Part shown: piece by piece, positions 50,500 to 62,285 of the stretch
Layout of the letters: every line of letters begins with the position of its first letter
Numbering within the stretch: position 1 is the stretch's first letter
Source of the DNA: Podarcis cretensis
Lineage: Eukaryota
Assembly: GCA_951804945.1 (NCBI GenBank)
Contig: OX638151.1
Span: 48,608,001-48,672,000, forward strand
DNA: 64,000 nt
Reading direction: 5' to 3'
Made by a program: the position numbers and the translations under genes
Notes under the pieces: generated by a model
The model's input: only the letters and a program-made list of their open reading frames with translations
Told to the model about the DNA's origin: nothing
Database searches by the model: none

Positions 50500-53039
50500 G
50501 ACTTCCGGGTTGGCGTCTCTGGTAATGGCGGAATTCCTCTGATCGGGAGGAATTTGTCTTGTGGAAATCTGGGTCTGGCCGCCACGGCAAAGGCGGAGAC
50601 CCACTAAAAATCACAGGCGGGTGAAGCCTGTGAACATGGGATTTGGCTGGCACCTTTTGCACCTCCCCCACTCGCGGGGAAACCCAGTTTTGGGGTTCCG
50701 GAGCGACGTGGTGTGAGTGACGCAGTGCTTCGAATTGACTACTTCTTCCATGGAGCGAAGCCGCATAGCTGTTGCCGGAGAGCGCTGACTTTTTCCTGTG
50801 GACAATTTGATCTTAAAGCAACTACCTGTGAGTAGAGCGAAGAATTGGATTTTCAAACGTCTTAATTTGGCACCGAAATGGGGAGGTTCAAAACAGGAAG
50901 TCCGCCTTCCCCTTTTGTAAATAGACTGAAGCAAAGAGACTGTAAGCTAAAGTCTTGGAAAGCCTACTGTAAAGGACTAAATTTCCATCGGTAGAAAACA
51001 TTAAACCCCCCTTGGAAGCAGAAGAGGGGGGAAGTTTTGGATTGTGTGTGCCTGCAGGAGAGAGCAAAGAAAGTTAAAATACCACCGCTCCAAACCTGGA
51101 AACGGGCTGCTAGTAAGACTGACGTTTTTGGATTGTTCATTGATAGTGAATAGAACGTTTGCTGACAGCTAGCTAAATAAGAGAGATACATTGTTTCCAT
51201 GCTCTCCGTCTGCTCTTAAAAAGGAGTAAAAGTAACTGAAAATTGAAACTAACTTTATTGTTTGAACTGTGTTTAAAAGGACTAATACAAATAGAAACTG
51301 TTTCCCTCTAGAGGAAACCTCTGAAACTGTTATAAGAGCTGAGCTGGGGGAATTTCCAGCTGTAAGATAAAAAGCTGTGAGATTCTGGGACTGACCTTGA
51401 ATCGGTCAAGAATGTTGACAGAAGAGGCCTTAGTGGCTGCATTATGTAAGATAAATGACTCACTGGAACAGCTTCACAAGAAGCTGGATTTAAATATAGA
51501 AAGTATAAATAATTTGGGACAAAAGGTGAACATCAATACAGAAACTATCCAGAAATTGACACAGGAATCTACTTTGACATGGCAAACTGCGGAGAAGGCT
51601 AGGGAGAAAGCTGTTGCCGTTGAACCTAAAGTAACACAATTGGAGAGAGAAAGACGCAACTTGATGATCATAAGTTGATGCCTGTCATGATTGAATCTAA
51701 AGAAAAACAGATTTTGAGGATCAGAGCCCTGCTTGAACTGGATTTGATGGACTTCCTCACACAGGAATTTGCTGTTTCTTGGGACCTGGACTTGGGTCAA
51801 GAAGAGACTAAAATTGTGAGGGCCTTCAGACTTGGAAGAGGAGGGAAAAAAGAGAAGAACAAAATAAGAGACTGTTGGAACTACCAGAAGAACTTAGAAG
51901 AACAACAGTCAAGAGAGGAAATTTTTAAAGACGTCCTGAAATAACTTTTGGATCTTAGGTCTAACTATGGAGATTTGGTTGCCCTGTCGAGAAGGAATAA
52001 AATCATCTTTAGGAGGGAGTTTCCCCAAGATCTACTCTTCAGCCTCAAAGGAAGGAAAATAAAAATAAGATCAGTAGAAGACAAAGCAAAGTTCTTGTAC
52101 AGTGGTGTCTCGCAAGACAAAAAGAATCCGTTCCGCGAGTCTCTTCGTCTAGCGGTTTTTTCGTCTTGCGAAGCAATCCCATTGATGGCTTAGCGGCTTA
52201 GCGCTATTAGCGGCTTTTAGCGGCTTATCGGCTTAGTGGATAAGCAGATAAGCGGCTTAGCGGCTTAGAAAAAGGGGGGGAGGGGAAAAACCCGCAGGAA
52301 CTCGCAAGACATTTTCGTCTTGCGAAGCAAGCCCATAGGAAATTCGTTTTGCGAAGCACCTCCAAAACGGAAAACTCTTCCGTCTAGCGAGTTTTCCGTC
52401 TTGTGAGGCATTCGTCTTGCAGGGCACCACTGTATAAGCACAAAGAAGACTTGCAGAAGGGACTTGGAAAAGAGTTAAGAGCTTCGGACAGAAGATCACC
52501 AGGTTGATGGACTATATGGAATTGGCGGAAAGGTCTGGCAGAATCCGAGACCAGGGAGAAGAGACGGTGGAAGAAGATTGGAAAAAGTTTAAAGACTATT
52601 TATAGAAATAATGTAAAATTAATGAGTATTAGAAAAATGTTGGAATGAAGTTATATGGCTTTAGTAGAAATGTTATAAGGAATTAAGTATAAATAGATTA
52701 TTAGAGTATTAAAGGGAAAATAAGGTTAAAATATGTTAAGATAATTATATGACAGAAAATAGAGGAAGATGGAAAGGATTTGCTGAAACAATTTATAGAA
52801 GTGGAATACGAAAAGGGAGGTGTGAGGAGGTCGTTGAAACAAGTGAATGAAAGATAAGATATTGAAATGGTAAGATGTGTGTTTTGAATTGTTTTTGTTT
52901 GGTTTTGTTAAGTTTATTGTGTTAGTGTTGTGTTGTGTAATGTTTATACATTGTATTGTATTGTTTTCTTTTTTTCTTCTTTTCTCTTTCCCCTTTTTTT
53001 GTAGTGTTTAAAAGTAATAAATATTATTTTAAAATAAAA
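50500..53039 (+). mobile_element. Internally deleted L1-type element, copy 2 (in NTPCR intron 4, antisense to the gene)
   Basis: 21-bp TSD gcaattttaatctgaaatctt (50479-50499 / 53040-53060); same 5' end as copy 1; ORF1p-like LRIRAL..IVRAFRLG and IFRREFPQDLLFSLKG; ORF2-like C-terminus LMDYMELAE...EDWKKFKDYL; AATAAA tail. Confidence 0.85.
52100..52432. mobile_element. Tigger/pogo-like MITE nested in L1-type copy 2
   Basis: TA TSD; same TIR family as 23306-24017 in opposite orientation; (TAGCGGCT)n-like core; interrupts the ORF1 remnant. Confidence 0.87.
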
Positions 53040-53133
53040 GCAATTTTAATCTGAAATCTTAGGTGCAGTACAGCGCCCAGAGTTCAGAAACTGCTCACGC
53101 TAATGAAATTCCCTGTCCCAAAGGCGCATAGAA

Positions 53134-53269
53134 CAGGCATAGGCAAACTCAGCCCTCCAGATCTTTTGGGACTACAACTCCCATCATCCCTAGCTAACAG
53201 GACCAGTGGTCAGGGATTATGGGAATTGTAGTCCCAAAACATCTGGAGGGCCGAGTTTTCCTATGCCTG
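53134..53269. mobile_element. 136-bp hAT MITE (same family as 1917-2052)
   Basis: TIR caggcatagg; 8-bp TSD gcatagaa. Confidence 0.88.
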
Positions 53270-54600
53270 GCATAGAACAATGGAAGTTTCGAACACTGAT
53301 TGTGACAGTTGTCAATATGGAAGGCTGAGGAAGTGGATAATTTCTTCACTGTAATTCCCCCATGGGAGAAATTTTCTTTCTGGCCCCAAGGTATCCACCT
53401 CCAAATTACCCGATTTGTATGTTAACTGCTTTACAGCAATCAGGTTCAATAGACTGCATGTGCTGCTGCAGATGTGAAAATATGCAACCAGGTGCAGTGA
53501 GTGTCGATGGCATATTACCAAACTAGCAAAGAGAGGCAAGACGTGTAAATTATGAATGAGTGAACTATATATGCCATGTTTGCAGAGAAAAAGAGGGCCC
53601 TGGAAAGGATAGGAGGCACAACAATCCTCCTTCCAGAGGGCTGAAAGCTTTTATAGGCAAAACACTACGAGCATCCCAAGCATGCATGACCTAAATTAGC
53701 AAGAGCTATATTGGACAATTTAAAGTGGGGGGAAACCAAAGAAGTTTGTGCAAAAATCAACTTGCAGAATCAATCTGGGGATGGAGCTGCTGATGAGATG
53801 CGGGGGGGGGAGTGGAACTATAAATCCATATTCTTAGAAGATTCTATCAAACTAAATTGACACAAATGAATCAAGAACATCTTGGGCATTTGCCTGCATT
53901 GATTTTGTGTCTGGTACTTCTGGTTTCGTGAGGTGCAATCTAAAGAGGCCTTGACATGTTGTTACCAGGTGCCAGAAACAAACATGAGGAAGAGCTATTA
54001 TGCAGGGAGACAAATTAAAAGGTCTTCCGACACAAACAAGCAACAAGAGAGCAATGTGGTGGAAAGTGGTAGGCTTTGTGGACACTTCTGATGCTATTGC
54101 TGGTCCCAAGGACTCTGAAATGTTTTCCTATCTCTAGTGCCAAGCAAAAAAGAAAAAGTGTGTTGCATTTGTTTTAAGGTCTTCCCTTAAAATATCTAAT
54201 GGACTGAGGGACTTCAAAAGGGCAAGAACTCAAGTTAATTGACCAGACTAGGCCCCTGGTGCACCCATGAACAGAGGTCTCTGTAGCCAGCCACTTTCAT
54301 TAGCTGAACGCCATAGCTAACGTTTACATATGACTATAACCGAGTGCATGAGGACACACCATCCTGTTGGCAGAGGACATGCTTAGCCCACAGAAGATCC
54401 CAAGATCAATCCCCATCATCTCTAGTGACAAAGATAGAACTATGAGCCCCTCACAAGCAGGAAACCTATTCCTCCAAAGGGCATGCAATCCTGTCCAGAA
54501 CACAAACCAAATGGTGGTAAGAGCTGATTGCTAAAACTGGGCTAGACTTCACAATGGGCAAAAGATGAAAACTTGCTCAGTGGACCTTCAGCCTACTTAC

Positions 54601-54810
54601 ATTGAAGACCTTCACCTCCTTTCTACTTCTGATCTCCTCCACAAGCCCCAAGGGCTTTCCTTTAGGCACTGGGATCGTTCCAAGAATCACAGTTCCTGAT
54701 CCAGTCAGAATTTGACGGACAGCTTGAATAAAGGACTGGCTGAAGAGCTCCATTTTACCGATCTCGTCAATTATGCAGACCTTTTTCGCTGTGCTACTGG
54801 CAAGATCAGG
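54601..54810 (-). CDS. NTPCR: NTPCR exon 4; PDLASSTAKKVCIIDEIGKMELFS...EVKVFN
   Basis: ccttatag| acceptor and |gtaagt donor; 210 nt; Walker B motif IIDEIGKME. Confidence 0.96.
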
Positions 54811-56418
54811 CTATAAGGAAAATATAGGTATCTGATTGAAGCCACCAGTAAGAAAATTTAGTAGATTAAGTCAATTTATTACTGTCAATAGGCCAGAAAT
54901 AAAATTAAAACATACACAGTACATCAGAATCTTAGAGCAAAACTTATTCAGAAGTGCGACATAATAACCTCTGCTTGGCCCCTGGAAATAGTCCTTCCAG
55001 ATTCAGATGGCGAGTTATTCTCTTGTTTTCCCTGCTACTGATAGAAATTTAGTCACTATCAGGGATATCCTCAGGATTTTATCTTCCATTAAATATTAAA
55101 CGTTAAACTGATCTGACCTCCCTGGTAATTTGGTCAGTAAAGGGCCAACTGTATGCTTCCAAATTCCAGCATAAAAAATACAGAACAAAAGGATGTGTTC
55201 TATAGATTCTACCTCATGTGTGTTACAGGGGCAGACCCTTGGGGCTTTTACTTCTGAGAAAAAAAGTTGTGTAACTGCAATGCATCGTTATAACAGGGCA
55301 ATTCTATGAGTGCTTCCTTGGAAGTAAGTAATACTGAGTTCAAAGGGCCTTACTCCCAGGTTAAATGTGTACTGGACTGCAGCTTAAGATTCAAGTCATA
55401 CAACAAAGAACCCAGCAGGTTGCTCAGATCACCTATTTCTTTAACAAACTATAGTTTTACATTACTTCGCCATGCCTTTTTGTTCCTGTGTGTCCTTCTT
55501 TATTTGCCTGCCCACCTGGTGCTCCCCATCCTCCCCCCCCCAAAAAAAAAAATCATTTTTAAAATTATTGTTATGTTGGTCTGACTACATATATGGTCCT
55601 GCACCTACTGAAATAACAGTTGACAGAAACTAGCTAAAGGGGTGTTATTTCACCCTCTGGGGTTCATTGTACTGTCCAAGCCACTTATTACCCTGCTGCT
55701 AAATACTCTATAAAAGAAAAGGAAAATGACAAGAAATGCCTTTGTACTTTCCTAAAATGAGGCATATCTGTATTAAACGCTTTGTGTTTGGATAAGCTCC
55801 GCGGGATAAACGAGTTATGGTAGAGCATATAGTTTGTCAGCATCGTTCCTGGAGAATTTTCAGGATACTAAGTGTTTTCTAATTTGTTTAGTGATCACAT
55901 CGCTGATTTATCTTGGAATTGCATTTACCAATCCTAAATGGTGCTGAATAAGAGCAGTTATACAGTCACCCACACAGTTGCAAATTTCTCCAGTAGCATT
56001 TTAGCTTCCCACTAGTCCTGTAAGCCATGTGTTGAGAATCATTTGTTCCTTTTTGCAACTGAACAGAAATCTGAACCTGTAAACCAAATGTGAGAACTGG
56101 GAGGAAGGGGACTCCAAACACTGTGTGTCCACTCTTACACTGCACACCAGAACTCTGGGTAACACACCATCTTCCATGGAGTGCAAGAGGACGGGGTGGG
56201 GAGAGACAGACAGACAGACATGTAGGAAGCTGTGGGTGCAGAGGGACAGGAGGATGGTGGGAGCTGGGAAAACTCATAAATGGAGCTGACAATGGAAAGG
56301 GGTGCTGGATCTAAGCTCTACCAAGATAGAAGAGTACAAGACATTTCACTATAAACTCCTCATCATGTTTTATTCATTTATTCATATTGTTCTCCAGAAA
56401 TTCCAAAATATTACTCAC

Positions 56419-56515
56419 ATTTCTCAACAAAGGAAGAGCCAACTGTTCAAATGACATTAGATCCACTACATACTGGCCAACACGGTATTCACGCCTTGCT
56501 GTGGAAGGACCAGAG
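56419..56515 (-). CDS. NTPCR: NTPCR exon 3; SGPSTARREYRVGQYVVDLMSFEQLALPLLRN
   Basis: ccttcag| acceptor and |gtgagt donor; 97 nt; VGQYVVD motif. Confidence 0.95.
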
Positions 56516-57199
56516 CTGAAGGAAGGAAGAAAATACCCAACACAGTGAACAATAAAGCATTCTAGAACCCTGTTCCTTAGCAGATAACCCTCAGACTATG
56601 TGAAGCATGTCAAAATTTTCACATGCCCTTGCAGTGCCCCTTTAGTCACATTAGAATGTCCTCCCACCTTTCTTAGATGCCCCAGATGGTTGCTAATATT
56701 GCAATCCTGGTGGGATATATGCACAATATCACAATGAAACACATCAACTGGAACCAGAAAGTGGCAGCTACTAAGAACAGAATTCTACAAAAACTGGTAA
56801 CTACCCTGGGGTGATATAAAAAGGGCGTGGGATTGGCTCAACACCCATATAATTGTTCCAGAAACTTGCTGTAAATTTTAACTGGGAGTACAGCTGCTCG
56901 TCATTTGCACTGCACATCATTCTGGTGGACGCTAACTATCCCTGTGCCTGTTGCCTCTCATTTATTGCATGCCCTGATACTTTGCTTGGTTTCTGTAACA
57001 AGAGTTTTTTGCCGTTTGGCAGCAACAAGTCAACACTAAAGATCAGCACAGCGACTTCACAATCTTATTCACCACTTCAACGTTTCATCTGATTCCAGCT
57101 ACCCTTGAATGAGCAGCACAGGAGCTTCAAAGGGCAGTTGTGCATTCTACAAAGGCATTCCCAGATTAGGTGTCAGAATGTGAATTTAAAACGTCATAC

Positions 57200-57362
57200 C
57201 CAACTCTAGACAAAATTCCTCTTCTTCCACTCAGAGTGACAACATCAAATCCTATTCTCCTGCCACCTTCTCTCACTTCTTCTGTATAAAATCCATCAAT
57301 AGGGATACCGGATGATTTTAAAACTTCAGTGACTTTTTGGATCAGCGTTGTTTTCCCAATTC
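57200..57362 (-). CDS. NTPCR: NTPCR exon 2; [45 protein letters not shown]...SRV
   Basis: ttgttatag| acceptor and GG|gtatga donor on the - strand; 163 nt; THEP1/NTPase_1 GFYTEEVR motif. Confidence 0.96.
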
Positions 57363-58570
57363 CTATAACAAGAAGAGTGTTTTTTAAGCCTTGTTTTCAG
57401 TATAATGGATGTGCAACAAAACAAATACACATATGTATTTCTGGACTCTTTTGGCTCCTTCCTCCTAACTGAAGCACACATTGCCCTTGCAATGGATGCT
57501 TCATCCAAATTGGCCTCCAGTTGTGGCAGCCTGCACTGCAAGTTATGCTGAGAAGAATTCACCATGCACATCAGAGTCATCATTATTGTAAGTCTTTGTG
57601 CCCCTTATCATGGCAAAAATATGAGATGGAAACATGAAGACATAACACAATGGGTCTGGTCTACCGGGCACATGATCCTACACACTGTGATCAGATTGTT
57701 CCCCATTTGTTTCAGGGGGAGAATGGTCAAGGCTGTGCCGTTTGCATTTTGGAGCTCCCAGGCAAGTAACACATTAGGTCATTGCATATATATCCATTGT
57801 CTTTTTTGGATACATTCCCAAGTGTCAGTTTTTAAGAGAGAGGGACAGTCTAAAAAAATGGAAGAGCATCTGCTTAGGTATTTTGTAGCCCTCTCTATTA
57901 CAAATATCCCCAGTGACAAATATCCCCAGAAGTGATAAATGAGGGCCATCATCTCAATTTCTGCATCTTCTAGAATGCTACACGATAAAAGAGTTTTGCT
58001 TATTAATGTAACATCCACCCACCCCAAGCTCTATTGCAGTCATCTTGTATAATCATATTAACATCCACTGATAAATGACTGTTTCCTTGGCTCATAATTT
58101 AAATTTTCAGGAATCCAATTTACTCCAATAAAAGAGGAGGACAGTGATAATTGTATATTATTTAGAGCTGATGTACTAAATCATTTTTTAATAATTAAGT
58201 CACACAAACTAAATGTTAATGGGAAGAACGGGTGCTTGCACTTTAACTGATGGGCAGATAGAGTTTCAAAAACCTGCAAGGATCAAAAATGTGGCATGAG
58301 TTATAAGGAAAGAAAAAGAAATTAACTTTAATAACAATAGCAATATGTGAGATCTGTAAAATATTTAAATGTGTTTTGTCAGATAAATCCAATTCCATAT
58401 TTCTTCTGTAAATTACAAACAACTGTGTGTTTTCATGGAGTAACAGAATAGATACTATAGCACAATACTATGCATACTTATTCAGAAGTAGACCACACTC
58501 TGTGTGCACAGTGCTGCAGTTTTGAGTGGAAAACGTTTAAATGCTAAGTTTTGATATTATCATTATTGTA

Positions 58571-58794
58571 CAGTGGTACCTCAGTTTACGAACTGAATCC
58601 GTTCTGGAAGTCCATCTTAAACCAAAGCCATTCTTAAACCAAGGTGCGCTTTCCCTAATGAGGCCTCCCACCGCCAGTGCCCTTCCACCATTCATAGACC
58701 GAGGTAAAGTTCGCTAACCGGAACACTACTTCTGGTTTTGCTGAGTTTGTATACTGAATAGTTCATAAACAGGGCTTAAACCGAGGTACCACTA
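58571..58794. mobile_element. Tigger-like MITE (related to 45289-45510)
   Basis: TA|CAGTGGTACCTCAGTTTA ... TAAACCGAGGTACCACTA|TA. Confidence 0.78.
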
Positions 58795-59292
58795 TATTAT
58801 TTACAGAGAAAAGGACATACCTATTTGCAACCTACAATACTAAGACAACAGAAACCTGGTTTAATTCAAACACTATGCTGTGTGTGGGGGGTGTCTTTCT
58901 GGAATACTTTTCAGAAGACATACTTGGATCTGGAACAAAAGAGATAATGGGGCTCAGAAGCAATGTGGAAAGCGGAGGCGGAATTCCAAATATCTTAAGT
59001 AATCAGGCCATTTTCTTAGCCGCAGGTGTCTAGTAAAGATGATAAAATGAGTTATGTGCTGTTACATAGATAAATATTACCAGAGAGAAGCGTCTCTCAC
59101 AAACAGTGCAAATGACTTCCTTTATTTAGTACTGGCATTTAAAGCAGAACAGGCTTACAACCAATCCTAACTATGCCTTCTACACTGGGGCTAAATTATG
59201 TCAGGCTGCAATCCTGCGCCTGCTTCCCTGGGATTAAACTTCGCTGAATGCAGTAGCACTCACTTCTGAATAAGCATGCATAGTATTGCACT

Positions 59293-60331
59293 GTTGTTGT
59301 TTAGTCGTGTCCGACTCTTCGTGACCCCATGGACCAGAGAACGCCAGGCACTCCTGTCTTCCACTGCCTCCCGCAGTTTGGTCAGACTCATGTTTGTAGC
59401 TTCGAGAACACTGTCCAACCATCTCGTCCTCTTGTGCACTCCATCTTTCCCAACATCAGGGTCTTTTCCAGGGAGTCTTCTCTTCTCATGAGGTGACCAA
59501 AGTATTGGAGCCTCAGCTTCACAATCTGCCCTTCCAGTGAGCACTCAGGGCTGATTTCCTTAAGAATGGATGCGTTTGATCTTCTTGCAGTCCATGGGAC
59601 TCTCAAGAGTATCCTCCAGCACCATAATTCAAAAGCATCAATTCTTTGGCGATCAGCCTTCTTTATGGTCCAGCTCTCACTTCCATACATCACTACTGGG
59701 AAAACCATGGCTTTAACTATACGGACCTTTGTTGGTAAGGTGATGTCTCTACTTTTTAAGATGCTGTCTAGGTTTGTCATTGCTTTTCTCCCAAGAAGCA
59801 GGCGTCTTTTAATTTTGTGGCTGCTGTCACCATCTGCAGTGATCATGGAGCCCAAGAAAGTAAAATCTCTCACTTCCTCCATTTCTTCCCCTTCTATTTG
59901 CCAGGAGGTGATGGGACCAGTGGCCATGATCTTTGTTTTTTTGATGTTGAGCTTCAGACCATATTTTGCGCTCTCCTCTTTCACCCTCATTAAAAGGTTC
60001 TTTAATTCCTCCTCACTTTCTGCCATCAAGGTTGTGTCATCTGCATATCTGAGGTTGTTGATATTTCTTCCGGCGATCTTAATTCCGGCTTGGGATTCAT
60101 CCAGCCCAGCCTTTCACATGATGAATTCTGCATATAAGTTAAATAAGCAGGGAGACAATATACAGCCTTGTCGTACTCCTTTCCCAATTTTGAACCAGTC
60201 AGTTGTTCCATATCCAGTTCTAACTGTAGCTTCTTGTCCCACATAGAGATTTCTCAGGAGACAGATGAGGTGATCAGGCACTCCCATTTCTTTAAGAACT
60301 TGCCATAGTTTGCTGTGGTCGACACAGTCAA
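59293..60331 (-). mobile_element. BovB (RTE-clade LINE), 5'-truncated, RT C-terminal half plus 3' end
   Basis: GVRQGCILSP, LRYADD and GLKLNIKKTKIM...DAFELWCWR motifs; (CAA)n tail; 11-bp TSD agtattgcact (59282-59292 / 60332-60342); one premature TGA at 60114-60116. Confidence 0.95.
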
Positions 60332-60829
60332 AGTATTGCACTACAAGGCTGTAATTCTATATGTAGTTACTTCACAATAACCCCACTGAACTCAACAAGG
60401 TTTATTTCAGAGTGTAAATAATTGCAGGTTTATAGTCCAAGCAGGGCAGACAAGCTGAAGCCTGGGGACCAAGCATTTTGGAACTTCCTCCTTGCGTGTG
60501 CAGCATTGAGCTCTCATAATGCCTCTGGCTTCCAGGACAGAGACGGATGCACAAGCACCAGTGCAGACTTTAGCCTGGTGTGCAAAACTGCAAATCTGCA
60601 TTCATTGCTCTGTCCACTTTTGCACCTGGCATGTACCAAAGAAAGGTCGTCCAGATGGGAGTGAAGCCTTCTGGCCGAAAAGGGTTCCCCGCCCCAGCTA
60701 CACACTATTACCACTCAGATTTTATTTTCTTGTAAATTTCACCGGGTTCAATGGAGCTTCTTGTCAAGTTAAGTGGGTGCACCTAGGATTGCAGCCTAAG
60801 CGCTTAAACGCAAACCTTTCCAGTTTAAA

Positions 60830-61510
60830 AAGGTTTCGGGATAGAAACCACACCGTGCAGGCGACTCAAAACATGCCAGGGAAGGGCGATCGTGGGAATG
60901 GGCGGGGGAGCGTGAGGCCCTAAGCACGTTTACTCGGAAGTAAGTTCGCCCCTGGCAGGCAGGAAGGAGCCGAGGCACGGCTCCGCTTTCTGCCCGGGAG
61001 GAGGCGGCGGAAGAGGAGGCCTGGGTTCAGCCGAGCTCTGCCTCCGCCTTCCCTTCCTGAAGTCTCGCAGCACCGGGCCGCTGCCCAGGCAGGGCCTCCC
61101 GCCCTCCTTCCTTCCACTCCGCTTCCGCAGGGTTGGGTTACCTGGCGGTCCCGTCAGGAAAACGTGCTTGGCCATGGCGGGGGCCTCCGTCCGGGTAGCG
61201 GCGGGGAAGCGGCCTGCCGTAGCGGGAGCCCTCGCGCTCCCTTCCTCCCTCCCTCCCTCCAGCCGCGCGCTCTCGGCAGCGGGGAAAAGAGCCCGCGGTG
61301 CTTCGGCTGCCAGCCTCTCTCTCCCCTTTCTTCGTCTCTGCTGCTTCCAAGTCCGGCAGCTCCGTTGCCCGCTTTGCGATGGACAGCTGCTCGCTCTTTT
61401 TCGCAGGCTTGGGCTGCGACGACCCCACGGTCACTTACTCGGGAGTAAGTTCCACCGAACACAGTGGGACCTGCTTCTGAGGAAGCATGCATCGCTTAAA
61501 GCGAGTCCCC
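60830..61510 (-). promoter_or_regulatory. CpG island / NTPCR promoter and 5' region
   Basis: Abrupt GC- and CpG-rich stretch surrounding exon 1, with GC boxes (gggcgg/ccgccc) and ETS-like cggaag sites; no obvious TATA box. Confidence 0.8.
61142..61175 (-). CDS. NTPCR: NTPCR exon 1 (coding part); MAKHVFLTGPP(G)
   Basis: Strong Kozak context (cccgccATGG) and G|gtaacc donor; forms the Walker A motif GPPGIGKT with exon 2. Confidence 0.95.
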
Positions 61511-62135
61511 TCCTGGCCTCTTAAAGTCTATCAACATTATTATGGCTTAATTTTATTCACTTATTTATGGCACTTATTTCTCGCTCAAATCATGAACCCC
61601 TCTGTCGAAGGTGTCATGGGCGCTGTAACTCCACAGCGGTTTGACTATACACGGAAGGTGCACGCTTCCATTGTCCCCTGAGACAGGTGGAGGCCAACCC
61701 GTATTATGTTTTTCTCCAAGAAGCTCAAGGCGGCCTACACGGCTCTTCCCCTCCTCCGTTAATCCGCACAACAAACCTGTGAGGTAGGTTAGGCTGAGAG
61801 GCAGTGACCCAGTGTGCCTTGTGTCCAAGATGGGATCTGAGCCCAGGTTTCCTATTCAGACACTAACCACTATATAACACTGGATCTTTCATGGACTACA
61901 ATCCACTTCATAAAGTGTTAGCCTGAAAAATGGGCTTGTACATATATGCATCTGATTAAGCGGACTGTAACGCACCAAAGCTTGTAACATCATAAATTTA
62001 AGGGACAACTGGGCTCTGATGTTTGCTCTGCAAGAGAGATAACATGCATGAGAACAACTTGTTTAAGGCAGGAATCACCACTTCTGTGTACACACACATC
62101 CCCACTTTCCTCTCTGGTGAACAGGTTTTTGCATT

Positions 62136-62285
62136 CAAAACAAAATAAATTTTTTTTTTCTTCCAGTAGCACCTTAAAGACCAACTAAGTCTTTAAAGAC
62201 TTAGTTGGTCTTTAAGGTGCTACTGGAAGAAAAAAAAAATTTGTTTTGTTTTGACTATGGCAGACCAACACGGCTACCTATCTGT
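62136..62285. mobile_element. Penelope-like insertion forming a long palindrome
   Basis: 16-bp direct repeat aacaggtttttgcatt (62120-62135 / 62286-62301). ccagtagcaccttaaagaccaac and cagaccaacacggctacc resemble reptile Penelope termini as recalled. Confidence 0.7.

Noticed and set aside
59566-60246. 226-aa ORF on the + strand
   Set aside because: It is the antisense shadow of the BovB RT coding sequence.
60920-61524. Multiple ORFs suggesting a divergent head-to-head gene
   Set aside because: Expected in a CpG island; only the 34-nt NTPCR exon 1 has splice and homology support.
62136-62285. Hammerhead ribozyme in the Penelope-like insert
   Set aside because: No CTGANGA...GAAA core was found in this truncated copy; other CTGANGA hits I inspected lacked the required stems.
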